Source of the DNA: an uncultured Armatimonadia bacterium
GTDB lineage: Bacteria > Armatimonadota > Armatimonadia > Armatimonadales > Armatimonadaceae
Reading direction: 5' to 3'
DNA length: 64,000 nt
Assembly: GCA_964606305.1 (NCBI GenBank)
Contig: CAZSGJ010000002.1
Location: forward strand, 27,749-91,748
The notes under the pieces were generated by a model. The model had not been told where the DNA came from, ran no database searches, and saw only the letters and a list, made by a program, of their open reading frames with translations. This document shows, piece by piece, positions 37,734 through 48,179 of the stretch; position 1 is the stretch's first letter; each line of letters begins with the position of its first letter. The translations under genes and the position numbers were made by a program.

Positions 37734-40700
37734 ATGTTGCTAGCCGTAAATCGCTTCGCCAAGATGGCAGTCATGTTTGGATCGTTATTAGTGACCGGTG
37801 TCCTTGCTGCAGCACCTGAGTCGGCAGTACGGTCAACCCGCCCGGGCAAACCCCAGCCAGTATCCTTCGCACGAAGCATTCGCGCTATCCTTTCTGATAA
37901 CTGCTACAAGTGCCACGGTCCGGATGCAAAAACCCGTGCAGCGGGACTGCGTCTTGACACATTTGAAGGAGCAACGAAGAAACTGGCAAGCGGCAGGCAG
38001 GCAGTCATCCCACATGATCAAGTCGCTTCAGCGGTCATTGAGAGAATACTATTACCTGAGAGCGATCCGCGCCATATGCCACCGGCTACAACGCAGCGGC
38101 GTATCAAGCCATCACAGCTCCAGGACCTTCGGCGATGGATTGATGAAGGGGCCACGTATGAAAACCACTGGGCATTTACCCCTGCCTCCCGGCCAAGTGT
38201 GCCTAAAGGGACCATTAATCCTGTTGACTACTTTATAAACAAGGCACTTGTAGAGCAAACCATCAAACCGCTTCCTGTAGCCGACAAACTGACGCTGCTT
38301 CGCAGAGTGACATTTGACCTCACAGGCTTACCACCAAGCATTGAGGATATCGAAGCATTTACAGCAGATACAAAAGCCGGAGCATATGAGCGGGTTGTGG
38401 ACAATCTCCTAAATCGTCCCGCGTATGGTGAACGGATGGCACTGATGTGGCTGGATTTGGCCCGTTATGCAGATACGCATGGTTATCACATCGATAGCCA
38501 CAGGGATATGTTTCGCTGGCGAGACTGGGTCATCCGAGCGTTCAACAGCAATATGCCCTATGACAGGTTTCTGACAGAGCAGCTGGCTGGGGACTTGCTT
38601 CCGAACCCGACGACAGACCAGCTGGTTGCGACGGGATTCAATCGAAATCACCCGATTAACTTTGAAGGCGGAGCTATTCCCGAAGAGTACCAAACAGCCT
38701 ATGTCGCTGATCGCGTTGACACAACGGCGACCGTGACGATGGGCCTCACGTTACGCTGCGCGCAATGCCATGACCACAAATATGATCCTATAGCGATGCA
38801 GGATTACTACCGGTTTTATGCCCTCTTCAATAATATCGACGAAGAGGGCCTCGATGGGATGCGGGGAAATGCCAAGCCATTTATTCAGGCACCGTCTCCA
38901 GCTGAGCAATCCCACCTTGATGCGCTATCAAACCGGATAGCAGTCCTTACCAACGAGTGCAAGTCATTATCGTCAGGCATTCTGGCCGGATTGGGAAACG
39001 TTAATCGTGGACCGATAAAGCAGGATGAATATCGCTGGGTATTGGGAGAAAGAGCCTATAGCGTAGGTAGCAAGTCCAAAGATGGTCAGGCAGGAAGCAT
39101 GACGACATCAGGTGATGGCCCGGAGCGCATGCCAGCGATGCGTTTGGGCACTGGAACAGCTCCAATCATCACGAATGCTCCTGTTGTGAGTCTCAATCGT
39201 CCATTTACGATTGCATTTTGGTATTGGTCAGAAAACGGGGGTGGAATACCCGTCTCTCAAATGGATGTTGGAAACAACCTAAAGGGTTGGGATTTCTATC
39301 TGGATGGTGGCTCGCCTCTTCTGCACTTCATTAACAGCTGGCCAACAAATGCACTGCGCTTCCGATCTACATTCAGAGCGCCGATACGAAAATGGGTCCA
39401 TACCGTCATTACGAATAATGGCAGTGGAACCTATGACGGCATTACCCTCTATCTGGATGGAATTAATATCCCGATATCACCGGACCACAATACTCTTTCC
39501 AGCCCATTTTCGGTTGACACTCCAATCCATCTCGGCGATCGTGGTAACGGTTCTACATTTTCGGGATTGGTGTCCGACCTTTGTATAAAAGGCAGCATTG
39601 CAGCAGAAGACGATGTGTCAATCCATCGTTCAACGGGTCTGGCTTACATCACCTCGATGGCGCAGAAACCGGATGCATCCAGTGACCTTAGATTCTGTGT
39701 CGCCAGCACATTGGCAACAGACTCCATTGATGCGTTCCGTACACGCCGAAACCTGATAGAGCAACGACAAAAGCTGGCGGCGTCTATTCCGACGTCAATG
39801 GTGATGAAGGAACGCCAGGTTCCTCGCAAAACGTTTGTATTGGACCGTGGTCAGTATGACAAGCCAACTACGGAAGTTCAACCGGGCGTGCCATCCTTCG
39901 GTGCACTCTCAAACATGCCACAGATCAGGTCACGCCTCGGGCTAGCCCGATGGTTGACATCGGGTGAGCATCCCCTAACCAGCCGCGTTGCAGTCAATCG
40001 CCTTTGGCAGATCGCGTTTGGCACGGGAATCGTCCGAACATCAGAAAACTTTGGCGTTCAAGGAGAATGGCCATCCCATCCTGAGCTGCTTGATTGGCTC
40101 GCTACCGAATATGTGCGTTCGGGGTGGAACACCAAGGCAATGCTGCGATTGTTGGTAACATCCGATGCCTACAAACGGTCAGCGGCTCCTACAAAGTCAT
40201 TGAAAGACCGTGACCCGGAAAACATCTGGCATGCATATGCAAGCAGGCCGCGTCTGCAAGCGGAGTTTGTCCGTGACTTGGCATTGGCATCATCCGGCTT
40301 ACTCGCTACGGATATAGGTGGACCGAGTGTCAAAACCTATCAACCAGCAGGACTCTGGGAGGAGCTCTCATTCAAGGGCGACTTTACCGCTCAATACTAC
40401 GTTCAGGATCATGGTGAAAAGCTGTATCGTCGTTCGATGTACACATTTTGGAAACGGACTGTCCCTCCACCATCACTCCAGACCTTTGATGCTCCAGAGC
40501 GCGAGTTTTGCATCGTTCGACGCCCAGCAACAAATACACCGCTTCAGGCCTTGGTTCTTCTGAATGACCCTACTTATACCGAGGCATCCAGAGTACTGGC
40601 TGAACGTGTCTTGAGTACAACGCTGGGCGACAAAGATCGCATGCATCAGGTGTTTCTACGATTGGTCTCAAGACGAGCATCTCAGATTGAAATGCAACGC

Positions 40701-40880
40701 TTTACGCGTTTACTAGAAGCTCAGCGCAAGCGCTTTATGTCCGAACCTAAAGCAGCGGGTGATCTCTTGATGGTGGGAGAACATCGCCGGATTACCGAGT
40801 TTCCTGTAGCAGAAGTTGCCGCCTGGACAGTAGTCGCCTTGAGTGTGATGAACCTCGATGAAGCGATAACGCGTCCTTAA
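37734..40880 (+). CDS. PSCyt / DUF1549 / LamG / DUF1553 multidomain protein (planctomycete cytochrome-c domain family)
   Basis: Signal peptide, then a CxxCH heme motif (CYKCHGPD) and a DUF1549-like region (DYFINK..., TFDLTGLPP). A second C-x2-CH motif follows (CAQCHDHKYDP), then a central LamG-like module and a DUF1553-like C-terminus. The start may be Met at 37764. Confidence 0.8.
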   Translation: MLLAVNRFAKMAVMFGSLLVTGVLAAAPESAVRSTRPGKPQPVSFARSIRAILSDNCYKCHGPDAKTRAAGLRLDTFEGATKKLASGRQAVIPHDQVASAVIERILLPESDPRHMPPATTQRRIKPSQLQDLRRWIDEGATYENHWAFTPASRPSVPKGTINPVDYFINKALVEQTIKPLPVADKLTLLRRVTFDLTGLPPSIEDIEAFTADTKAGAYERVVDNLLNRPAYGERMALMWLDLARYADTHGYHIDSHRDMFRWRDWVIRAFNSNMPYDRFLTEQLAGDLLPNPTTDQLVATGFNRNHPINFEGGAIPEEYQTAYVADRVDTTATVTMGLTLRCAQCHDHKYDPIAMQDYYRFYALFNNIDEEGLDGMRGNAKPFIQAPSPAEQSHLDALSNRIAVLTNECKSLSSGILAGLGNVNRGPIKQDEYRWVLGERAYSVGSKSKDGQAGSMTTSGDGPERMPAMRLGTGTAPIITNAPVVSLNRPFTIAFWYWSENGGGIPVSQMDVGNNLKGWDFYLDGGSPLLHFINSWPTNALRFRSTFRAPIRKWVHTVITNNGSGTYDGITLYLDGINIPISPDHNTLSSPFSVDTPIHLGDRGNGSTFSGLVSDLCIKGSIAAEDDVSIHRSTGLAYITSMAQKPDASSDLRFCVASTLATDSIDAFRTRRNLIEQRQKLAASIPTSMVMKERQVPRKTFVLDRGQYDKPTTEVQPGVPSFGALSNMPQIRSRLGLARWLTSGEHPLTSRVAVNRLWQIAFGTGIVRTSENFGVQGEWPSHPELLDWLATEYVRSGWNTKAMLRLLVTSDAYKRSAAPTKSLKDRDPENIWHAYASRPRLQAEFVRDLALASSGLLATDIGGPSVKTYQPAGLWEELSFKGDFTAQYYVQDHGEKLYRRSMYTFWKRTVPPPSLQTFDAPEREFCIVRRPATNTPLQALVLLNDPTYTEASRVLAERVLSTTLGDKDRMHQVFLRLVSRRASQIEMQRFTRLLEAQRKRFMSEPKAAGDLLMVGEHRRITEFPVAEVAAWTVVALSVMNLDEAITRP

Positions 40881-40911
40881 TCAATCTTCGCATGAAACTT
40901 ACGAAAATTTC

Positions 40912-40939
40912 TTGATTTTCCTCCGACGATAGGTAGAAT
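40912..40939 (+). promoter_or_regulatory. Sigma-70-type promoter of groES-groEL
   Basis: TTGATT, a 16-nt spacer, then TAGAAT. It lies immediately upstream of the CIRCE-like inverted repeat. Confidence 0.55.
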
Positions 40940-40944
40940 TGGGA

Positions 40945-40971
40945 TTGGCACTCAAACCCCACGACTGCCAA
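40945..40971 (+). promoter_or_regulatory. CIRCE-like HrcA operator (variant)
   Basis: TTGGCACTC-N9-GACTGCCAA compared with consensus TTAGCACTC-N9-GAGTGCTAA, a 15/18 match. It occupies the classical position between the -10 element and groES. Confidence 0.7.
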
Positions 40972-41017
40972 GCATTTGTGGGTTGAAGTGAGAATGTAAT
41001 AGAAGGAGAGCACCAAT

Positions 41018-41305
41018 ATGACCCTACGTCCCCTTGGTGACAAGGTTGTCGTTAAGCCATCCGATGCAGAAGAGCGTTCTGCAGGTGGCATTTTCCTCCC
41101 GGATTCCGCAAAGTCCAAGCCACAGGAAGGCACTGTTATCGCAGTTGGTCAGGGCCGTATTCTTGACAACGGCGAGCGGAATGCGTTGAACGTATCCGTT
41201 GGCGATGTCGTTATCTATTCAAAGTACGGTGGAACCGAGTTCAAGCTCGATGGCGACACCGTCATGATTCTTGATGAAGATCAGATTTACGCAGTAAAGG
41301 GTTAA
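41018..41305 (+). CDS. groES: Co-chaperonin GroES
   Basis: 95 aa with the motifs [11 protein letters not shown] and [10 protein letters not shown]. Confidence 0.97.
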   Translation: MTLRPLGDKVVVKPSDAEERSAGGIFLPDSAKSKPQEGTVIAVGQGRILDNGERNALNVSVGDVVIYSKYGGTEFKLDGDTVMILDEDQIYAVKG

Positions 41306-41311
41306 TCACAC

Positions 41312-42937
41312 ATGGCAGCAAAAGAGCTTTTATTTGACGAGGCAGCCCGTCGTGCACTAGAGCGCGGAGCAAATGCCGTCGCAAACGCAGTCAAGGTAAC
41401 GCTTGGTCCTCGTGGACGCAACGTCGTCATTGAAAAGAAGTGGGGCTCTCCTACGATCACCAAAGACGGCGTAACCGTTGCGAAGGAAGTCGAACTTGAA
41501 GACAAGTTCGAGAACATGGGCGCACAGCTCGTTCGCGAAGTTGCATCGAAGACCAACGATATCGCTGGTGACGGAACGACCACCGCTACCGTTCTTGCTC
41601 AGGCAATTGTAAATGAAGGTCTTCGTTATGTTGCCGCTGGTGGTGCACCTCTGAGCGTAAAGCGCGGTATTGACAAGGCTGTAGCAGCTGCTGTTGAAGC
41701 GCTTCGTGCAAACGCAATCGTTGTTGCAGATGCCGATATGGTTGCGCAGGTCGCTGCCATCTCCGGAAACAACGACAAAGAAATCGGTCAGTTGATTGCC
41801 GATGCACTTGACAAGGTTGGTAAGGACGGCGTCATCACCGTTGAAGAATCCAAGGGTACTCAGACGACATTGGATGTCGTCGAAGGTATGCAGTTCGACA
41901 AGGGTTACATTTCCCCATACTTTGTCACCGATGCAGAGCGAATGGAAGCAGTTCTCGAGAATCCTGCCATCCTTCTCTATGAGAAGAAGATCAGTGCAGT
42001 ACAGGATCTTATTCCTGTTCTCGAGCAGGTTTCACAGATGCGTCGCCCGCTTTTGATCGTCTCCGAAGACATCGAAGGCGAAGCGCTTGCAACGTTGGTG
42101 GTCAACAAGATTCGTGGCATCCTGAATGTGGTGGCAGTCAAGGCTCCTGGCTTTGGTGACCGCCGCAAGGCAATGATGGAAGACATCGCTATTCTTACCG
42201 GCGGCAAGTTCATCACTGAAGATCTCGGCATCAAGCTCGAGAACGTGGATGCAAGTATGCTTGGTTCAGCCAAGAAGGTTGTCATCACAAAGGATGACAC
42301 TACATTGGTGGAAGGTGCTGGCTCCAGCGCTGAAGTCAAGGGTCGTATCGACCTCATCCGCAAGCAAATCGATGCATCCGACTCCTCCTACGACAAGGAA
42401 AAGCTGCAGGAGCGTCTGGCAAAGCTCGCAGGTGGCGTTGCCGTCATCCAGGTTGGTGCTGCAACGGAAACTGAGCTGAAGGAAAAGAAGCATCGCTACG
42501 AAGATGCCCTCTCTGCGACACGTGCTGCCGTGGAAGAAGGCATTGTAGCTGGTGGCGGTGTTGCCCTGATTAATATCCTTCCAGCGCTTGCTGATGTTGC
42601 ATGCGACAACAGCGATGAGCAGGTTGGTGTAACCATTGTTCGCCGCGCACTCGAGCAGCCACTGCGTACTATCGCTGAGAATGCTGGTCTCGAAGGCTCA
42701 GTGGTTGTGAACAAAGTCAAGGACCTTCCAATCGGTCATGGCTACAATGCATTGACCGAAGAGTACGGTGACATGATTGCCTTTGGCGTCATTGACCCAG
42801 TCAAGGTAACACGCTTCGCGCTCTCTAACGCTGCGTCCATCGCATCGATGATTCTGACCACAGAGTCCCTCGTTGCTGAGAAGCCAGAGAAGAAGGCTCC
42901 TGCAGGTGGTGATCATCATCACCATGATGAATACTAG
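41312..42937 (+). CDS. groEL: Chaperonin GroEL with a His-rich C-terminal tail
   Basis: Canonical GroEL sequence throughout ([12 protein letters not shown] and others). The C-terminus is ...[13 protein letters not shown] instead of a GGM repeat. Confidence 0.98.
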   Translation: MAAKELLFDEAARRALERGANAVANAVKVTLGPRGRNVVIEKKWGSPTITKDGVTVAKEVELEDKFENMGAQLVREVASKTNDIAGDGTTTATVLAQAIVNEGLRYVAAGGAPLSVKRGIDKAVAAAVEALRANAIVVADADMVAQVAAISGNNDKEIGQLIADALDKVGKDGVITVEESKGTQTTLDVVEGMQFDKGYISPYFVTDAERMEAVLENPAILLYEKKISAVQDLIPVLEQVSQMRRPLLIVSEDIEGEALATLVVNKIRGILNVVAVKAPGFGDRRKAMMEDIAILTGGKFITEDLGIKLENVDASMLGSAKKVVITKDDTTLVEGAGSSAEVKGRIDLIRKQIDASDSSYDKEKLQERLAKLAGGVAVIQVGAATETELKEKKHRYEDALSATRAAVEEGIVAGGGVALINILPALADVACDNSDEQVGVTIVRRALEQPLRTIAENAGLEGSVVVNKVKDLPIGHGYNALTEEYGDMIAFGVIDPVKVTRFALSNAASIASMILTTESLVAEKPEKKAPAGGDHHHHDEY

Positions 42938-42963
42938 GCTTATCCCGTCTGGTATTGAATCCC

Positions 42964-42995
42964 CCGGTGGTGCCATTGGCACCACCGGTTTTTTA
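42964..42995 (+). terminator. Intrinsic terminator after groEL
   Basis: 11-bp stem CCGGTGGTGCC/GGCACCACCGG with a 3-nt loop, then TTTTTTATTTTTTT. Confidence 0.9.
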
Positions 42996-43037
42996 TTTTT
43001 TTATTGGTCGTGTGTAGAATCGTTATGACAACCGAGA

Positions 43038-43610
43038 ATGAAGAATATGCGATGGATACAACCACCCACAGTCAAGCCCGGTGACTCTCCACGTCCCGGT
43101 CTCATCTCCTATCGGCGCCTAACCTGGGCTGACTTTGAGCCTCGGAATGTAAGTTCCGGTGCATCCGCGCAGACAAGCGCAGTTCTGCATGCCACCTACA
43201 AATGGGGGTGGATGAGCCGCGGGAACCAGTTTACAGGGTTTATCTCCGATGTTCGTATTGGAGCTTGGTTTGATCCCGCAGGATCGTGGCGCAAACCCGA
43301 TGTCCGAAGCGACAATTCCTGGTTGCTCGAACATGAACAACGGCACTTTGATCTATGCGAAATCGGTGCAAGAATGCTTCGAGATCAGGTTATAGGTATT
43401 CGTCAGGAGATCCGGGGAAACAGTGATTCAGAGATCAAAAACCAGATTCAAGCAATTATGAATCCTCTTGTGTCTTCCTTTATTGATGACGTCAAGCGGC
43501 AGCAGGAACGCTACGACAAAGAGTCAAACCATTCACGTAACCGTCGAGCCCAGCAGGAGTGGAACAATCGAATCCAACGTGACTTAGACCGGCTCGCACC
43601 TATCGCCTGA
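43038..43610 (+). CDS. DUF922-family putative zinc metalloprotease
   Basis: 190 aa with the LLEHEQRHFD motif characteristic of DUF922. Confidence 0.65.
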   Translation: MKNMRWIQPPTVKPGDSPRPGLISYRRLTWADFEPRNVSSGASAQTSAVLHATYKWGWMSRGNQFTGFISDVRIGAWFDPAGSWRKPDVRSDNSWLLEHEQRHFDLCEIGARMLRDQVIGIRQEIRGNSDSEIKNQIQAIMNPLVSSFIDDVKRQQERYDKESNHSRNRRAQQEWNNRIQRDLDRLAPIA

Positions 43611-44528
43611 CGGTTTTGAACAAAGTGTGGCAAGCACAATTTCCGGAGGGCAATTCAATCGTAACGGAAGAAATGTTTGACCTACTCCGCGGGACACGAA
43701 GCCCGACGTCGCATTAATGCTGTACCAACCTGACAGAATTGGAAAGTCTCCCAGACCTGGTGCACGGTGTGGTGCAATACCGGGGACCAGTATTTGGCCA
43801 CCATGAGTATGACCTGACAACACCAGTGCACTGGTATTTCTGAACAGATTGATTCCAACAGGGTTGTGTGAAAGTGCAATCATCCCGCAAGACGTTGGAC
43901 GATTTACCATCGCACGGTCAGGGTCGAAACTCCCCCGCCATGTGTCCTCAATACCGCAGAGAAACAAGCCATTTTGTAAGTCGACACCCTCATTCCGAAG
44001 AATGTGGACTCTGGCTTCTCTGGTCATTCGTTCAGACAACAGATTCGGGCGATAGTAATCGTGATTACCGAGAACGCCAAAAACGCCTAATGGGGCGTGG
44101 AGTTGAGCGAGTAACGGAACAACGCCACTCAAGTGCTCATTCGACCACTGAATGTAGTCGCCACCGAGGAGAATGAGATCAGGTGTTATTCGTTGTACCA
44201 GAGTAAGTGCTTTGACAATGGTGGATGTTGGTGTATCCGGACCATAGTGCAAATCAGAAAGAAAAGCCACCCGTAATCCATCACTCGTCTTCGGTAACCC
44301 AGGAAGTCCTATACGAAGCTCAGTTACACGAACATCCTGTGGCTCAAGGGCAGCCCGAATGCCAACGCCGGCAAGCGACATCCCCGCTCCGCCTGCGAGC
44401 ACGGAGAGAAATCTTCTTCGAGCAAGCTGACGCACTGTCTGTGATTCAACGATCACCCTAGCGTCCCCGTTGCGTGATATCGACGATGGTCTTTGCCAGA
44501 CGGGCAGGATCATGTCGGATGATGCCAT
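43584..44528 (-). CDS. Calcineurin-like metallophosphoesterase with Tat-type leader
   Basis: Tat-like leader (ARRRFLSVLAGGAG) and phosphoesterase motifs (LSDLHYG, GGDY, GNHD, GHTHGG). An alternative GTG start at 44456 would remove the 71-nt overlap with yvcK. Confidence 0.85.
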   Translation of the reverse strand: MASSDMILPVWQRPSSISRNGDARVIVESQTVRQLARRRFLSVLAGGAGMSLAGVGIRAALEPQDVRVTELRIGLPGLPKTSDGLRVAFLSDLHYGPDTPTSTIVKALTLVQRITPDLILLGGDYIQWSNEHLSGVVPLLAQLHAPLGVFGVLGNHDYYRPNLLSERMTREARVHILRNEGVDLQNGLFLCGIEDTWRGSFDPDRAMVNRPTSCGMIALSHNPVGINLFRNTSALVLSGHTHGGQILVPGIAPHRAPGLGDFPILSGWYSINATSGFVSRGVGQTFLPLRLNCPPEIVLATLCSKPSGDRCEPV

Positions 44529-45804
44529 TGTCCGACATCACGTTAGCGCGGATAATCTCTATCCCAAGCTGGTTTAGCGTACCAAAGTCGACGTCTACGG
44601 GAACGGCACCAGTCTCTTTGTACTTTACAAGTGCTGACTTGCCTGGAAGGACATCATTAACAATAATTGTGTCCACGACACGTGCATCCTTACCAACACA
44701 ATGCTTTGCATGGCCCTGAAGTGCTGCGATGTGCTGGCTGGCGGTATATCCATCTGTTTCACCAGGCTGGGTCATGATGTTACACACATAACAGCGGGGA
44801 ACGTTGCTTGCTGCGATTGCACGGGCAAGTTCCGGGACAAGCAGATGAGGGATCACGCTTGTATACAGTGAACCCGGTCCTAGCACGATGATATCGGCGT
44901 TGCGCACAGCATCTATGGCGCGAATGACAGCCCTTGGAGCTTCCGGGCAAAGACTAATTGACTTAATGGCTACGGAACTACTGGCAATACGTGTTTCGCC
45001 GGTAAGCTCTGAACCATCCACCATATGTCCTACAAGTGACACTGGTTCAACCGTGGAAGGCACTACGGTACCGCTAATTCTCAGAATTTTGGATGTCGCT
45101 TGTACAGCCTGTTCAAAATCGCCGGCAACACTCGCCATCGCGGCAAGAAACAAATTGCCAACACTATGGCCGCTCAAGCCATCCTCGCCAGTTCTGGTAG
45201 CGAATCTGTATTGAAACAGCTCCTGCATGATTGGTTCTTCATCGGCAAGTGCGACGAGGCAGTTACGGATGTCTCCGGGAGGAATCATGCCTCCAAGCTG
45301 GCGCTGAAGTTGCCCCGAACTGCCTCCGTCATCCGTCGTGGTGACAATGGCGGTAAGGTTGCTGGAATACTGCTTAAGTCCACGTAGTAGCGTTGAAAGC
45401 CCTGTGCCCCCCCCAAGGACAACGATGCGTGGACCACTTGCCAGACTTCGTTTTTTCCCGATAAAGTCTGCAAGGTGCCCCATTTCCGTCGGTGCAACGA
45501 CGGACACAATGCTACGATTGACAGCAATCAATGCTGCCATGATGACTGCGAGGCCAACAAGGATTGCTGTAAGGCCAGTAGGAATGGAAAAACGGGGATC
45601 GCCTATCTCAAGCTGTACGCGATCTGCTACCTGTGTTGCTACGAAGTCAAAGAGATCAGTGACACGCACTCCGACAATCAGTGCGACGCCGATTACTACG
45701 GCAAACAATCCGATCGGCAGGAGTAGCAACCATCGCTTGACGCCGAGACCCGGCCGAAGCCATTTCAACCAAGAGGTTATTGCTTGGCGCGTATCGCTGA
45801 GCAC
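44458..45804 (-). CDS. yvcK: YvcK/CofD-family gluconeogenesis-factor-like protein with an N-terminal membrane extension
   Basis: Core motifs are present (VVLGGGTGLSTLLRGLK, DDGGSSG). About 120 extra N-terminal residues carry two hydrophobic helices. Confidence 0.85.
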   Translation of the reverse strand: MLSDTRQAITSWLKWLRPGLGVKRWLLLLPIGLFAVVIGVALIVGVRVTDLFDFVATQVADRVQLEIGDPRFSIPTGLTAILVGLAVIMAALIAVNRSIVSVVAPTEMGHLADFIGKKRSLASGPRIVVLGGGTGLSTLLRGLKQYSSNLTAIVTTTDDGGSSGQLQRQLGGMIPPGDIRNCLVALADEEPIMQELFQYRFATRTGEDGLSGHSVGNLFLAAMASVAGDFEQAVQATSKILRISGTVVPSTVEPVSLVGHMVDGSELTGETRIASSSVAIKSISLCPEAPRAVIRAIDAVRNADIIVLGPGSLYTSVIPHLLVPELARAIAASNVPRCYVCNIMTQPGETDGYTASQHIAALQGHAKHCVGKDARVVDTIIVNDVLPGKSALVKYKETGAVPVDVDFGTLNQLGIEIIRANVMSDNGIIRHDPARLAKTIVDITQRGR

Positions 45805-46649
45805 TAATGATGCCCCTTGTTGACATCCCGATGATCAATAATCGTCCGGACGCCGGCATTACGAAGATACGTCCCAAGTCGTTCTGCGATGTAGACAGAC
45901 CTGTGACGTCCTCCCGTACACCCAATGGCAATCGTCAGATATGCCTTACCTTCATCGGAATAATGGGGAATGGTCCATTCAACGAGGTCTGAGAGTTTAT
46001 CCAACAGCGTCGCTGTACGCTCATCGCGGTCGATGAACTGCTGAACGTCTTCATCCAAACCCGAGTGCAAACGAAGTTCGGCTACGTAAAACGGGTTTTG
46101 CAAGAACCGTACATCAAAAACCAAATCTGCATCCAATGGAGACCCATGCTTGAAGCCAAACGATACAACCGAGACAATCAGGCTTGTATCGGACGCCTGT
46201 TCTAACGAAAATCGCTGACGTAACGCATGCCGGAGCTGTAATGCTGTAAGAACAGTCGTATCAATAATGACATCGGCTTCGGCTTTCAGCGATGAAAGTG
46301 CCTGTCGTTCTGCAACGATAGCCGGGATTATTCCGCCGCTCACTGTAAACATTGGATGGGACCGTCGCGTTTCCTTGAACCGGCGGACCAGTACTTCGTC
46401 CGTTGCGTCGAGAAACACCACGGTTGGCCTGGTTGTCCATTTGGCTAGGGCATCATGGACACCAATCAGATCACCTCCACGGGTATCACATATGATGCAC
46501 AGGGGGCGGTCGATGACAGGACCGAGCAGCTGCATCCATGCAGCTGGAAGATTGTCAATAACGGTCCAACCAATATCTTCGAAAACACTCGCAGCAAGCG
46601 ACTTGCCCGCCCCACTCATCCCAGTAAGCAGTACCAGTGGATTACTCAC
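45804..46649 (-). CDS. rapZ: RNase adapter / nucleotide-binding protein RapZ (YvcJ)
   Basis: P-loop (GMSGAGKS), the DNLP motif and C-terminal CTGGRHRSV. Confidence 0.93.
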   Translation of the reverse strand: MSNPLVLLTGMSGAGKSLAASVFEDIGWTVIDNLPAAWMQLLGPVIDRPLCIICDTRGGDLIGVHDALAKWTTRPTVVFLDATDEVLVRRFKETRRSHPMFTVSGGIIPAIVAERQALSSLKAEADVIIDTTVLTALQLRHALRQRFSLEQASDTSLIVSVVSFGFKHGSPLDADLVFDVRFLQNPFYVAELRLHSGLDEDVQQFIDRDERTATLLDKLSDLVEWTIPHYSDEGKAYLTIAIGCTGGRHRSVYIAERLGTYLRNAGVRTIIDHRDVNKGHH

Positions 46650-47020
46650 TCATCACCCCGCGACTTTGCCGGAACAATCAAATCTAATACCCATCCCAAA
46701 ATCGTCAATGCAATACTCGCAACAATAGCATCAAGTAAACCCTTGACGTGTAATCCAACATCGAGTTGGCTGACGAGCAACCACATTGCCCCGTTTACCA
46801 CCAACCGAAACAACCCGAAGGTCATCATATTGATCGCACATGCAAGGGCATTGATAATTGGTCGAAGGACAGCGTTTACCAGAGTCAACAGTGCGATGCT
46901 GACAAGGGCGGCACCAAAGTTATCGATCCGGACACCGTTCATGCCTGCGGCGTTTGCAACCTTGACAGCAATCGTCATAGCAATTGCGGCTAACACCCAT
47001 CGGATAATGGTCCTTATCAT
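46646..47020 (-). CDS. Four-TM membrane protein of the YvlD / phage-holin-4 superfamily
   Basis: 124 aa with four hydrophobic segments and sequence typical of PF04020-like proteins. Overlaps the rapZ start by 4 nt. Confidence 0.65.
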   Translation of the reverse strand: MIRTIIRWVLAAIAMTIAVKVANAAGMNGVRIDNFGAALVSIALLTLVNAVLRPIINALACAINMMTFGLFRLVVNGAMWLLVSQLDVGLHVKGLLDAIVASIALTILGWVLDLIVPAKSRGDE

Positions 47021-47048
47021 CGCATTTCCTTACAACTCGTCAATGGGA

Positions 47049-48179
47049 CTATCTCGGATTGACCGGCTCACCATTCCGTCGAACCTCAAAGTGAAGATGT
47101 GGTCCCGTCGCTCGCCCAGTCGAACCGACTCTTGCTATGAGCTGTCCCTGTGTGACCTGTTGTCCCTCACGAGCAATCAAGGATGAGCAATGTGCATACA
47201 GAGTGGACGTCCCGCCACCGTGGTCAATTAAGATTACGTTTCCGTAGCCGGACATCGTTCCGCGGAAGGTTACGATTCCTGCCGCAGCGGCTCGTATTGG
47301 TGAACCGGAGGAAGCTCCGATATCGATACCGGTGTGCATACGATTTCGTTTTAGGATTGGATGAAAGCGCATCCCATAACCGGACGTCACTGGTCCATCA
47401 GCAGGCTGCGCGAAGTTTCCACTGAACTTTTTGCTTAGGCGTGCTTTACCACTGGCCGTTCGTTCCATCGCGCGAATACGTGCAGAAATGGCTCTTGAGT
47501 CAGCGGCCAGATCCCGAAGCTCTTGCTCAAGTGCTTCACGAATTTGCTGCGCTTCTGCGAGTAAGCCCCTGCGACGTTGTACGACGCGTGCTTCTTCCTG
47601 CTGCTGGCTTCCAAGCTCGTTCTTCCGCTCCGCAATCTCACGCGCTTTATCATCTACCTGCTGTTTCCAGCGGACAACTTTGGCGCGGTCGGATTTAACG
47701 GATGCAATAAGCGAGGCATCATGTTTGATTATGGACCGTACAAACTGTGCACGCGTACTCAAGTCTGCCATCGACCTGGAACCCAGGAGCACTGAGACAT
47801 ATCGAACCGGTCCCTGACGATAATTGGCCACCAGGCGCTTGGCCAGCTGCAATTCTTGTTGCCTAAGCAAATCCTCACAGCGCCTGAGTTCAACTGTAAT
47901 CTGTTCAGATTCCGAGAGTGTACGGGCGAGTCGGGATTTCGTTTCTCTTAGCTTACTTCTCGTTGAGCTCAGAGCACTCTGGTTTCGGTCCAGTTCTTCA
48001 GCGATGGTTGCTTCGTTTCGTTTCGCACCTCGGAGCTCCTGCTTCGTTTGCTGTATCTGATTTTGTAGTACACGAACCTGATTCCTAAGTTTACTTGTAT
48101 CCGGTTTTACAGACTGTGCAGTGGCAGATTGAGCACAAAGAAGCAGGCAAGAAATAGAAGCAATTCCAAGGAACTTCAT
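47049..48179 (-). CDS. M23 peptidase with a long coiled-coil (EnvC-like)
   Basis: Signal peptide from Met 48179 (MKFLGIASISCLLLCAQSATAQ) and a coiled coil of about 200 aa. C-terminal M23 motifs are present (HTGIDI, IDHGGG, GPHLHFEV). The longest ORF starts at 48296. Confidence 0.88.
   Translation of the reverse strand: MKFLGIASISCLLLCAQSATAQSVKPDTSKLRNQVRVLQNQIQQTKQELRGAKRNEATIAEELDRNQSALSSTRSKLRETKSRLARTLSESEQITVELRRCEDLLRQQELQLAKRLVANYRQGPVRYVSVLLGSRSMADLSTRAQFVRSIIKHDASLIASVKSDRAKVVRWKQQVDDKAREIAERKNELGSQQQEEARVVQRRRGLLAEAQQIREALEQELRDLAADSRAISARIRAMERTASGKARLSKKFSGNFAQPADGPVTSGYGMRFHPILKRNRMHTGIDIGASSGSPIRAAAAGIVTFRGTMSGYGNVILIDHGGGTSTLYAHCSSLIAREGQQVTQGQLIARVGSTGRATGPHLHFEVRRNGEPVNPR

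Noticed and set aside
45407-45414. C8/G8 homopolymer inside yvcK as a possible phase-variation tract
   Set aside because: It encodes the conserved GGG of the GGGTG motif (ctt ggg ggg ggc aca). There is no sign of frame disruption, and a single tract proves nothing without population data.
46455-47186. 243-aa ORF antisense to rapZ, the holin-like gene and the M23 gene
   Set aside because: It spans three well-supported minus-strand genes and their junctions. It has no motifs and looks like a chance open frame.
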